DNA from: Verrucomicrobia bacterium UBA1200
Lineage (GTDB): Bacteria; Verrucomicrobiota; Kiritimatiellia; RFP12; UBA1067
Direction: 5' to 3'
DNA: 55,279 nt
Assembly (NCBI GenBank): GCA_002309765.1
Contig: DBXY01000062.1
Span: forward strand, 13,887-69,165
The position numbers and the translations under genes are program-made. Position 1 is the first letter of the stretch. Every line of letters begins with the position of its first letter. The notes under the pieces were generated by a model. The model saw only the letters and a program-made list of their open reading frames with translations, was not told the origin of the DNA and searched no databases. Below are positions 1 to 9,072 of this stretch, one piece after another.

Positions 1-1323
1 GCGAGCTACGCGTTCAACAAGTCGCATGCCGTGTGCTACGCCTGGGTGGCGTACCAGACGGGTTACATGAAAGCCCACTTCCCGGCCGAATTCATGTGCG
101 CCCAAATCTCCTCGGAAATCGGGAACTTCGACAAACTCCCCGGCTTTGTCGCAGAAGCGGCCGACATGGGGCTGGAGATCATGCCACCCGACATCAACAC
201 CGCCTACGCGCGCTTCTCCCCGGTAAGCGGCAAAAACGCCATCCTATACGGATTGGCGGGCGTAAAGGGCGTTGGGACCGCCGCCGCCGAGGCGATAGTA
301 GCCGAACGCGAGACCAACGGGCCGTTCAAGAGTTTTTCCGATTTCTGCGAGCGGATGGGAAACAACATCGTCAACAAACGGGTATTGGAATCGTTGGTCA
401 AGTGCGGGGCTTTCGACTCGCTCGGTATCCACCGCGCCAAGCTCTTCGGCAACATCGAGAACGTGATGAAATGGGCGGCCAAGCGCCGGGATGAAAAGGC
501 CAGCGGGCAGGGAAACCTCTTTGACGCCTTTGCCGATGACATCGGGGCGGACGCCAGCGATTGCGATCTGGAAGACATCCCGCCGTGGAGCGACAATCTC
601 GCGTTGCAGTATGAGCGCGAACTGGCGGGCATATACATCAGCGGGCATCCGCTGGAGCGCTACCACCCGTTAATCGCGAGCTTCCAAACCCGGTCGCTCG
701 CCAACCTGAAAGAACTTTCCGGCGATTGTGACGTCCGGGTGGTCGGTTTGGCCGACACGGTGACAATCAAGAACAGCAGAAAGGACGGTCGCCCATTCGC
801 CATACTTACCCTCGACACCACGGAAACCACCATCGAGGTGCTGGTGTGGTCCGACGTTTTCGCCAAATACTCCGGAGCGTGCGTAAAGGACGCGGCGTTG
901 CTGGTGTGCGGGCAATTGCAAAAACGGCAGTCGACCGGCAATGACTCCGACCAGAAAGTAAGCCTCTCGGCCCGGGAAATCTATCCGCTGGCCGAAGCGC
1001 CGCGGCTATTCGGCACCAAAGTGTCGGTATCGATAAAAGCCAACGACACGGGGGTAATGGAAAATATCGACCGGGTACGGAAACTTACCAAAACCTACCC
1101 CGGCGCGATGCCGCTGGAACTGCGGCTTATCTACCCCGACCGCAAAATAACCATAGCGGCCGGGCAGGAATACGCGGTAGATCCCGCGACCGCCGCCGAC
1201 GGCAAGCCCGGCGAAGACTTTGTGTCGGGTGCGGAGCAACTGCTGGGACGCAACAGCGTCCGGATCATAGCCCGTCCGGAAATTTACCGCGAACGCAAAT
1301 CCCGGGAATGGAGCAGAAACTGA
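1..1323 (+). CDS. dnaE: DNA polymerase III alpha subunit, C-terminal part (5' end outside window)
   Basis: Frame open from base 1 (ASYAFNKSHAVCYAWVAYQTGYMKAHFPAEF). FNKSH motif, HhH GLAGVKGVG, ERELAGIYISGHPL and OB-fold typical of DnaE. Confidence 0.97.
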   Translation, partial: ASYAFNKSHAVCYAWVAYQTGYMKAHFPAEFMCAQISSEIGNFDKLPGFVAEAADMGLEIMPPDINTAYARFSPVSGKNAILYGLAGVKGVGTAAAEAIVAERETNGPFKSFSDFCERMGNNIVNKRVLESLVKCGAFDSLGIHRAKLFGNIENVMKWAAKRRDEKASGQGNLFDAFADDIGADASDCDLEDIPPWSDNLALQYERELAGIYISGHPLERYHPLIASFQTRSLANLKELSGDCDVRVVGLADTVTIKNSRKDGRPFAILTLDTTETTIEVLVWSDVFAKYSGACVKDAALLVCGQLQKRQSTGNDSDQKVSLSAREIYPLAEAPRLFGTKVSVSIKANDTGVMENIDRVRKLTKTYPGAMPLELRLIYPDRKITIAAGQEYAVDPATAADGKPGEDFVSGAEQLLGRNSVRIIARPEIYRERKSREWSRN

Positions 1324-1382
1324 TCTTCTAAACGAGAATCTTTGGATTAATTGCCCATTAATGCTGTCAACCGAAATCTGCC

Positions 1383-1748
1383 ATGGAAGCAACAGACAAC
1401 AATAACAATTGCCAAATCGACGGTGGTCAGAACGTAAAGACCCAAACATCGCACCATGATTCCGCAATTCCACCTCCATGGCGTAGCCGTTGGTATTCCG
1501 GAGCAAAACGGTTAGGCATTGCCACCTTGGTCACACCGCTTCTTATTCTTTATGATTATTTTTGTTTCAGTCAAGGGGTATTGAGCCTTTTTTTGATTTT
1601 TTTACCGGTTTTCGCAATAATCTGGGGTATTGTCGCCCCAGCATCTTATGACCAAGGTCCTTCAACAAGAGCCAAGATCGGTGTCGCGATGTTCGGCTCA
1701 GTTTGCCTTTATTTCTTATGGAACATATACCTGTATTTATTTAAATAA
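1383..1748 (+). CDS. Small hypothetical membrane protein (about 3 TM segments), AT-rich
   Basis: 121-aa ORF with three hydrophobic stretches; visibly lower GC than flanks. Confidence 0.6.
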   Translation: MEATDNNNNCQIDGGQNVKTQTSHHDSAIPPPWRSRWYSGAKRLGIATLVTPLLILYDYFCFSQGVLSLFLIFLPVFAIIWGIVAPASYDQGPSTRAKIGVAMFGSVCLYFLWNIYLYLFK

Positions 1749-1886
1749 AAAAGGGCTTTAAAGGAAAAAATCAAACTTTCCTAAATTCTGACTTGCTTTT
1801 TGCGCCCAAATAGGGCAATATATTTTTTCCTTTTTTAGGAGAAGGAAGGTTAGAGTTTACCCCACAGTAAGGTTTGGAGGAGTTTC

Positions 1887-2129
1887 ATGGGTACTGGCCG
1901 CACACTGAATAAGAATCCGCGCACCCGCCCGATCAAGAGCGTTGGCGAGAAGGCCCGCCGCTCCAAGGCGCAGCGCGCCCGCTTGGTTAAGTTCGGAATG
2001 GACGAGGCGGTGGTCGCCAAAATGCAGACCGAAGATGTCCGCCGGATGGTTCAGCGTCCCGCCGAGGTCAAGAAAGCTTTGGCCAAGGCCGCCGCTAAGG
2101 CTGCGGCGGAAACCGCCGCGTCCGAATAA
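1887..2129 (+). CDS. Small Lys/Arg-rich hypothetical protein
   Basis: GGAGGAG RBS upstream of ATG, host-like codons, followed by a terminator. Confidence 0.8.
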   Translation: MGTGRTLNKNPRTRPIKSVGEKARRSKAQRARLVKFGMDEAVVAKMQTEDVRRMVQRPAEVKKALAKAAAKAAAETAASE

Positions 2130-2156
2130 CGGTAACGGCGCGATGACGCGATGAAG

Positions 2157-2200
2157 AAGCCCGAAGTTGTCCGCAGCGGACGCTTTTGGGCTTTTTCCTT
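2157..2200 (+). terminator. Rho-independent terminator
   Basis: AAGCCC...GTCCGC-A-GCGGAC...GGGCTT stem followed by a T-rich run. Confidence 0.65.
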
Positions 2201-2271
2201 TTTCCTGCTTGATAATGGCGGGATTTTGTTTTATACTGTGAAGCAGTTTTTTCATTCAAAGGAGGGTTCTT

Positions 2272-3288
2272 ATGCGTAAATTGTGTGGTTTACTGATGGC
2301 TGGGGTTTCAGCGCTGACCGTTTTCAGCGTGAATGCCGACCAGGTGACATTGAAGAATGGCGACAAACTGACCGGTACGGTTAAATCCGTCGAAGGCGGC
2401 AAGATGACTTTCGATTCCCCCTTGCTAAGCACGGTCACCATTAAGATGGACGACATCTCGACCTTCACGACCGAGAAGCCGATTGACATCGTGGTGAAAA
2501 AAGGCGAGAGCGAGCAGAAGGTTTCCGTGACCGCGTTCGGCTCCGAGGCGGGCAAAATCGCCGCGGCCGACGGCACGGTCTATTCTTTCGCCGATATCGC
2601 GAAAATCAACCCGCCGCCGGTGAAGTGGACCGGTAACGTGAGCGCCGGCGCGACCGTCGCCCGCGGCAACACCCACAGCGAAACGGCCACCGCGATGTTC
2701 GACGCTTCCCGCCGAACCGACAATGACCGTACTTCGGCGTACGGCGGATACTACTTCGCCCGCGAGCGCGACAACGCCACCCACCGCGACGACACTTCGG
2801 CGGACAATTGGTTCCTGAAGGGGCAGTATGACTACTTCCTCTCTAAGAAGAGCTACCTCTACGGCTCGCTGAAGTATGAGAAAGACCGCATCGCCCACTT
2901 GGACAAGCGCTTCACCCCGGGCGTCGGTTACGGCTACCAGTGGATCGAGCGCGCCGACCTGAACTTCAACACCGAGTTCGGCGGTTCGTGGATCTATGAA
3001 AAGTACACCGATCCCACCGAGACCCGCAAATACATGGCCCTACGCGCCGCATACCATGTGGACAAGACCCTCAGCGACAAAGTCAAGGTCTATCACAACT
3101 TGGAGTACATCCCGAGCCTGGAGTACATCGACAACATGCTGATCAACGCCGACGCCGGTCTGCAGGCGACCATCACCGCCCGCCTCGCGTTGGACTTCAA
3201 GGCGATTCTGGCCTACAACTCCAACCCGGCCGCGGGTATGGACAAGTTGGACACCCGTTACATCACCGCTCTCACCTGGAAGTTCTAA
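2272..3288 (+). CDS. DUF481/YdiY-like outer-membrane beta-barrel protein
   Basis: Signal peptide, DQVTLKNGDKLTG N-domain, GVGYGYQW, amphipathic strands, terminal aromatic (LTWKF). Confidence 0.8.
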   Translation: MRKLCGLLMAGVSALTVFSVNADQVTLKNGDKLTGTVKSVEGGKMTFDSPLLSTVTIKMDDISTFTTEKPIDIVVKKGESEQKVSVTAFGSEAGKIAAADGTVYSFADIAKINPPPVKWTGNVSAGATVARGNTHSETATAMFDASRRTDNDRTSAYGGYYFARERDNATHRDDTSADNWFLKGQYDYFLSKKSYLYGSLKYEKDRIAHLDKRFTPGVGYGYQWIERADLNFNTEFGGSWIYEKYTDPTETRKYMALRAAYHVDKTLSDKVKVYHNLEYIPSLEYIDNMLINADAGLQATITARLALDFKAILAYNSNPAAGMDKLDTRYITALTWKF

Positions 3289-3320
3289 TTCCAAGAGCCG
3301 GTTAAGAGGTTATAAAGCCG

Positions 3321-5114
3321 ATGCACCCGTTTCGCACCCATAATTGCAGTCAACTCCGCGCGTCCGACGCCGGAACCACCGCCAAACTGTCCGGTTGGGT
3401 TTTCCGTATGCGCGACCACGGGGGAATCCTGTTCATCGACCTGCGCGACCATTACGGGTTGACGCAGGTGGTGATCCACCCTAGCCGCCCGTTCTTCGAG
3501 CAGATGAGCCACGCCAAGTTGGAGACCGTTATCACGGTCACCGGCGTGGTCACCCTGCGCGAACCGGAAACGATCAACCCGGATCTGGCGACCGGCGAAG
3601 TGGAACTGGTGGCGAACGAGTGCGTCGTCGAGACGACGGCGGACCAATCCCCGCTCTACATTCCCGGCGAGCCGGACGAGAGCGAGGATCTCCGCCTAAA
3701 GTACCGTTTCCTCGACCTTCGCCGCGAAGGGCTGCACCGCAACATTCTGCTGCGCTCGAAGGTTATCGCCTTCCTGCGCCAGCAGATGTGGGCGCACGGG
3801 TTCAACGAGTATCAAACCCCGATTCTGACCTGCTCGTCCCCGGAAGGAGCGCGCGACTACCTCGTGCCGTCCCGCGTCCACCGCGGCAAGTTCTATGCGC
3901 TGCCCCAAGCGCCGCAGCTGTTCAAGCAACTGCTGATGGTCGCCGGGTTCGACCGCTATTTCCAGATCGCGCCGTGCTTCCGCGATGAGGACGCGCGCGC
4001 CGACCGCTCGCCCGGCGAGTTCTACCAGCTCGACATCGAGATGTCGTTCGTCACGCAAGACGAAATCTTCGCGGTGGTTGAAGACGTGATCAGCAAGACG
4101 TTCGCCGAGTTCTCCAACCGCCCGATCACCCCCGCGCCGTGGCCTCGCATCCCGTACCGCGAGTCGATGATGAAATACGGCTCGGACAAGCCGGATCTCC
4201 GCATCCCGCTGGAATACGTCTGCCTCAACGACCTGTTCCGCGACAGCGGTTTCAAAGCGTTCGCCTCCACCGTCGCCAAAGGCGGCGTGGTCAAGGGTCT
4301 GCGCGTTCCGGGCATCGTTGGCGTCCAGTCCCGCAGCTGGTTTGACAAACGCGAGGCGTTCGCCAAGGAAAACGGCGGCAAAGGCCTGGGTTACGTGATG
4401 TGGACCAAAGAGGGCGAGTTCAAAGGACCAATCGCCAAGTTCATGTCCGAAGACGAGATCAACCAGCTCAAGCAGCTCACCGGTCTCCAACCGGGCGACG
4501 CGCTATTCTTTGTGGCGGACACCGCCGCCGTGGCGCACCCGTTGTCCGGCAAGATCCGTCTGGACATTGCCCACTCGCTCGATTTGGGCGAGAAGAACGT
4601 CTATAAATTCTGCTGGATTGTCGATTTCCCGATGTTCGAGCAGGATCCCGAAACCGGCGCGACCGTATTTTCCCACAATCCTTTCTCCATGCCGCAGGGC
4701 GGCATGGACGCACTGCTCAACAAAGATCCGTTGGATATCCTCGCCTACCAGTACGACGTGGTTTGCAACGGCATTGAGCTTTCCTCCGGCGCTATCCGCA
4801 ACCACTTGCCGGAAATCATGTACAAGGCGTTTGAAATCGCAGGCTACGACCACAGCGTGGTGGAGGAAAAGTTCTCCTGCCTGTTGAACGCCTTCCACTA
4901 CGGCGCCCCGCCGCACGGCGGCATCGCGCCCGGTGTCGACCGCATGGTCATGCTGTTGGCGGACGCGGAAAACATCCGTGAGGTCATTGCCTTCCCGATG
5001 AACCAGAAGGCACAAGACCTGATGATGAACGCGCCGTCGGAGGTCACCGAAAAACAACTGCGAGAACTGCACATCAAGGTGCGAGGCACCGACGTTGCCC
5101 CCGCCCAACAATAG
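3321..5114 (+). CDS. aspS: Aspartate--tRNA ligase (RDHGG motif suggests the non-discriminating type)
   Basis: FRTHNC, RDHGG, PEGARDY, QIAPCFRDED, PPHGGIAPGVDR class IIb motifs. Confidence 0.97.
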   Translation: MHPFRTHNCSQLRASDAGTTAKLSGWVFRMRDHGGILFIDLRDHYGLTQVVIHPSRPFFEQMSHAKLETVITVTGVVTLREPETINPDLATGEVELVANECVVETTADQSPLYIPGEPDESEDLRLKYRFLDLRREGLHRNILLRSKVIAFLRQQMWAHGFNEYQTPILTCSSPEGARDYLVPSRVHRGKFYALPQAPQLFKQLLMVAGFDRYFQIAPCFRDEDARADRSPGEFYQLDIEMSFVTQDEIFAVVEDVISKTFAEFSNRPITPAPWPRIPYRESMMKYGSDKPDLRIPLEYVCLNDLFRDSGFKAFASTVAKGGVVKGLRVPGIVGVQSRSWFDKREAFAKENGGKGLGYVMWTKEGEFKGPIAKFMSEDEINQLKQLTGLQPGDALFFVADTAAVAHPLSGKIRLDIAHSLDLGEKNVYKFCWIVDFPMFEQDPETGATVFSHNPFSMPQGGMDALLNKDPLDILAYQYDVVCNGIELSSGAIRNHLPEIMYKAFEIAGYDHSVVEEKFSCLLNAFHYGAPPHGGIAPGVDRMVMLLADAENIREVIAFPMNQKAQDLMMNAPSEVTEKQLRELHIKVRGTDVAPAQQ

Positions 5115-5160
5115 CAGTTTTTAAATCCGGGCGGCGGTTGCCACCGCCCGAAAGGCCGCC

Positions 5161-6090
5161 ATGTTGACGGACATCGAATTCGACATCACCCCGGAACAGG
5201 CCGGCATCAGACTGGACAATGCGCTGCTTGCGCATTGTCCTTCTTCTTCCCGCGCCGAGTGCCGACGGGCGATTGAGCATGGCAGGGTATTGGTGAACCG
5301 CCACACTTGCCCCAAAGGGGCCAAGTTGCGCCCCGGCGACCGAATACAAGTGTTGCGGCTGGACGAAACTTCCGACCTCCGGCCAACCCCCAACCACGAT
5401 CTCCCGGTGCGGGTGGTCTATGAGGACGAAGCGTTAATCGCCGCGGACAAGCCCGCCGGAATGCCGGTGCAACCGCTCTCCGGAGACGAAACCGGCTCAC
5501 TGATGAACGGGCTGGTGGCGCGGTTTCCGGAATTGGCGGCGGTCGGCGACGAGCCTTTGATGGCGGGTGCACTGCACCGGATTGACTCCGGTACTTCCGG
5601 ACTGGTGCTGGCAGCACGTACCAATGCGGCATTCACCGAAATGCGCCGGCAATTCGCCGCCCGCGAAGTCGCCAAAATCTACCTGGCCATCGTGGAAGGC
5701 GCGGTGTCGAAACCCGGGCGGCTTGAGCACAACCTCGCGCACTTGCCCCACCGGTCGGCATGTAAAATGGCAGATGCCCGAATGCTCAGCAAACCCGGCC
5801 GCATTTTCCACGCCGTTACCGAATTCCGTCCGATCCGCAGCGTCGGTTCCGCCACCCTGCTGGAGGTTGCCATCCGTACCGGAGTCACCCACCAAATCCG
5901 GGCGCAGCTCGCTCTGGCCGGCATCCCCATCATCAACGATACCCTTTACGGCGCCAAACCGGTTGCCGGTATGACCGGACACCTGCTCCACGCCTTATCG
6001 GTCGAATTTAAGCACCCGGTATCCGGCGTACAATGCAAAATCGCCACCGGTTTTCCCGAACGGTTCAACCTTGGGGGGGTATCCGCATGA
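5161..6090 (+). CDS. rluD: RluA-family pseudouridine synthase with N-terminal S4 domain (RluD-like)
   Basis: RLDNAL S4 start, DKPAGM, HRIDSGTSG catalytic Asp motif, TGVTHQIR, DTLYG, LHA. Confidence 0.85.
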   Translation: MLTDIEFDITPEQAGIRLDNALLAHCPSSSRAECRRAIEHGRVLVNRHTCPKGAKLRPGDRIQVLRLDETSDLRPTPNHDLPVRVVYEDEALIAADKPAGMPVQPLSGDETGSLMNGLVARFPELAAVGDEPLMAGALHRIDSGTSGLVLAARTNAAFTEMRRQFAAREVAKIYLAIVEGAVSKPGRLEHNLAHLPHRSACKMADARMLSKPGRIFHAVTEFRPIRSVGSATLLEVAIRTGVTHQIRAQLALAGIPIINDTLYGAKPVAGMTGHLLHALSVEFKHPVSGVQCKIATGFPERFNLGGVSA

Positions 6091-6803
6091 ACCGCATCCT
6101 GACTCTGGAACAGGCGGCACGGCACATTCAGTTCGACGCCCGCGAATTGCTGCATCTGGCGCAACGGGGCGAAATTGCGTCCCGCCGGCGTGGCGACGAA
6201 TACTTTTTCGAACACCAGGTTATCGACGAGTGGGCGCAGCGGCATCTGATGTCCCAGCCCGCGAAATTCCTCCGGCTGCGCCACCGCGACGCCATGCGCC
6301 AGGCGCGTAAAAGTATCGAAGACGACCGCGTAATCGAGTCGCTCCTGAAACCGGAGTGGATTGACGCCGCCATGCCATCCCGCACCCGCCCCGGCGTAAT
6401 CCGCGACATGGTGGCGCTCGGTCTGCGCACCGAACTGCTGTATGACGACGTGGTACTGCAACAGGCGGTCGAAGAGCGTGAAGAGGTCGCCTCCACCGCC
6501 ATCGGCGAGGGCGCGGCGTTTCTTCACCCCCGCTTTCACGACCCCTACCTTGCCGCAGGCTCGTTCATCACTTTTGGCCGCACCGTGCGCCCGATCTTCT
6601 TCGGCGCGCCGGACGGGCTGACCACCGATCTGTTTTTCCTGATTTGCTGCGTAAACGACGTGGAACACATTCACGTGTTGGCCCGGCTGTGCCTGCTGAT
6701 GCACGGCACCGATCTCGCCGAGCAGTTGCGCGAAGCGCCGGACGCCAACGCCATCTACCAGTTGCTCACCGCAGCCGAAAAGGAGTTTCTGTCCACCCTT
6801 TAA
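6087..6803 (+). CDS. HTH (excisionase-like)-PTS EIIA (Ntr/Fru-type) fusion
   Basis: Start ATG overlaps upstream stop (ATGA). N-terminal LTLEQAARHI HTH; EREEVASTAIGEGAAFLHPR phospho-His motif; FGAPDG. Confidence 0.85.
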   Translation: MNRILTLEQAARHIQFDARELLHLAQRGEIASRRRGDEYFFEHQVIDEWAQRHLMSQPAKFLRLRHRDAMRQARKSIEDDRVIESLLKPEWIDAAMPSRTRPGVIRDMVALGLRTELLYDDVVLQQAVEEREEVASTAIGEGAAFLHPRFHDPYLAAGSFITFGRTVRPIFFGAPDGLTTDLFFLICCVNDVEHIHVLARLCLLMHGTDLAEQLREAPDANAIYQLLTAAEKEFLSTL

Positions 6804-6825
6804 CCAATTTTTCCAAACGCCCCAC

Positions 6826-9072
6826 ATGAAGACCCTCTCATTCATCTACCTGATGCGGGACCAGCAAAACGCCGAAGATATCTGCGAAAATCTCTCCTGC
6901 GCCTTTACCGGGCTGTTCCGCACTTTTTACGTCTCGTCCTTCGCCAGCCCCCAAATGCCGCACGACTGCCCCGCCATCCGGGTGGTGCCGGTCCGGACGC
7001 TGGACGAACTGTTGAAGACCCTGTTTGTCGACGGCGCCGTACACAACGGCTTCCTGACCGACTCCGGGAAGGAGTGCGCCCTGTTTTTGATTGACGACCA
7101 CCTGCACTCCGGCAATACGCCGGAACCGTTGCCGTTCCATCAGGCGCGGGTGGACGGCTGGCCGCTGACCCGTTGGCTCGACACCTACTTCCCGGCGCAG
7201 CCGAAGATTGTGATCTCCTACGGGCGCTACCACGGCGACCACCTCGATTCGCTCTACTCGCGCTGGCTCTCCAAGCCCCACACCATTTTGGAAAACCTCA
7301 ACCAAGACGACGAACGGATGCAGCACCTGTTCCGTTCGCTCTGGGAACCGCAGTTCTGGCACTGCCTGTACAAATACGTCACCCAGGACGCGGGAGTGTC
7401 TTGGCACACCCCCGGCCACAACTCCGGCAACCTGTTCCAAAACTCAGTTTTTCTCAACGGATTCTGGGACGAGTTTTCCGACATGAGTTTCCGCTGCGAC
7501 CTGAGCGTGTCGGTGCATGCGCTGGGCGACCTCTCCAAACCGGAATCCCGCACCCCGCTGGCCAACGCGCAACGGCTCAGCGCGGAAATTTTCGGCGCTG
7601 CCCAAAGCTGCTACATCACCAACGGCTCCTCCACCGCGAACAAGGCGATGCTTACCACCTTGCTGCGGCCCGGCGAGTATGTGCTGCTCGACCGCAACTG
7701 CCACAAATCGGTCCACCACGCGATGGTCATGACCGGCGCCATACCCATCTACCTGCCGACCCGATTCAACACCCGGTTGGGACTGTGGGAACCAGTAGCG
7801 CTCTCCGATTTGCGCAATGCGATTTTGCGCCGTTACCCCGAAGCGAGGCGGCCGCGGGTGCTGATCCTCACCACCTGCACCTACGACGGAATCCTTTACC
7901 CGGTGTGGGAGATTGCCAAGCTTTGCGAATCCAAAGGCATGCTGTTCTACGCCGACGAAGCCTGGGCACCGTATTTAAGTTTCCACCCTTACTACACTTG
8001 GCAGGGCTCGGGCGGCGAAGTTCGCCGTTACAACGCCATACACGAATCATCGGGCGCCCATTTCGCGGTACACTCCATCCACAAAACCATGGCATCCTTC
8101 AGCCAGGGGTCGATGATCCACGTTTCCTTCCGTTTCAAGCGCCTGCTGGAAACCAAAGACGCGAAATGGGAGTGGCTGCGCAAACGCTTTTCATTCGAGG
8201 GGCGCGGCTCATACTCCAAATTCCGCCACAATCTCTACGAAGTGCTGCGCTACTGGCATTCCACCTCGCCGAATTATCCGATGCTTGCCACGCTCGACTG
8301 CGCCGGAGTGCAGATGCGGCTGGAAGGAATGAATTTGATCGAGGAGCGGCTGCGATGGATCGAAGCGTTCAAACAGCGCGTCGCCAAACTTTGCGGAAAA
8401 CCGGTGGAGGAGTGCTTTGTGGAACTCGAAGCGGTGGTCGGCGAACGGGCAGCGGAATACGTCCAAGCCGGATACATGCACGACCCGCTCAAAATGACCA
8501 TCTCGTTTAAGAACCCGGAGGTGTGCCGTAACTTCCAGCGGTTGCTCCACCGCAGTAAGATCCAGTGGGAAAAATCCACTCCGGTAACCATTCTTTTCCT
8601 GGTCACGATGGGCACTTGCGAGAGCCACTTCGAGTATCTCTACCATGTGATTATGCGGATGAAGGACGCCATCGGCATTCCGGATTCGGACAGTTATTTC
8701 GTTGACGCGACCCGCGCCGTCACCGGGCAGCCAGTAGTTAGCCCGCGCGATGCCGCGCTCTGCGACGGCGAACAGATCCCGTTGCGGCTGGCCGAGGGCC
8801 GGATCGCCTCGCAGTTGCTGGTGCCGTATCCGCCGGGCATCCCGCTATTCCTGCCCGGAGTGCGCATCACGCGGGAGATGATCGAAATAATCCAGACCGT
8901 CACCAAGAACGAGGGACCGGACGCGGTACACGGTTTGCTGATCCGCAATGGCGAAAACTACCTTGAAGTAATCCGCGAGGACGAGTACGACCAACTCCAG
9001 CAAACCGATGCCGAAGCGCTGGGAGCCGGAGTTCCGCCGAATGAAACCAGAACCCCACCAAGGAAATCCTAA
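6826..9072 (+). CDS. Orn/Lys/Arg decarboxylase family PLP enzyme
   Basis: WHTPGH, ITNGSSTAN, DRNCHKS, TYDG, DEAW, HSIHK (PLP Lys), STSPNY, PYPPGIP. Confidence 0.93.
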   Translation: MKTLSFIYLMRDQQNAEDICENLSCAFTGLFRTFYVSSFASPQMPHDCPAIRVVPVRTLDELLKTLFVDGAVHNGFLTDSGKECALFLIDDHLHSGNTPEPLPFHQARVDGWPLTRWLDTYFPAQPKIVISYGRYHGDHLDSLYSRWLSKPHTILENLNQDDERMQHLFRSLWEPQFWHCLYKYVTQDAGVSWHTPGHNSGNLFQNSVFLNGFWDEFSDMSFRCDLSVSVHALGDLSKPESRTPLANAQRLSAEIFGAAQSCYITNGSSTANKAMLTTLLRPGEYVLLDRNCHKSVHHAMVMTGAIPIYLPTRFNTRLGLWEPVALSDLRNAILRRYPEARRPRVLILTTCTYDGILYPVWEIAKLCESKGMLFYADEAWAPYLSFHPYYTWQGSGGEVRRYNAIHESSGAHFAVHSIHKTMASFSQGSMIHVSFRFKRLLETKDAKWEWLRKRFSFEGRGSYSKFRHNLYEVLRYWHSTSPNYPMLATLDCAGVQMRLEGMNLIEERLRWIEAFKQRVAKLCGKPVEECFVELEAVVGERAAEYVQAGYMHDPLKMTISFKNPEVCRNFQRLLHRSKIQWEKSTPVTILFLVTMGTCESHFEYLYHVIMRMKDAIGIPDSDSYFVDATRAVTGQPVVSPRDAALCDGEQIPLRLAEGRIASQLLVPYPPGIPLFLPGVRITREMIEIIQTVTKNEGPDAVHGLLIRNGENYLEVIREDEYDQLQQTDAEALGAGVPPNETRTPPRKS

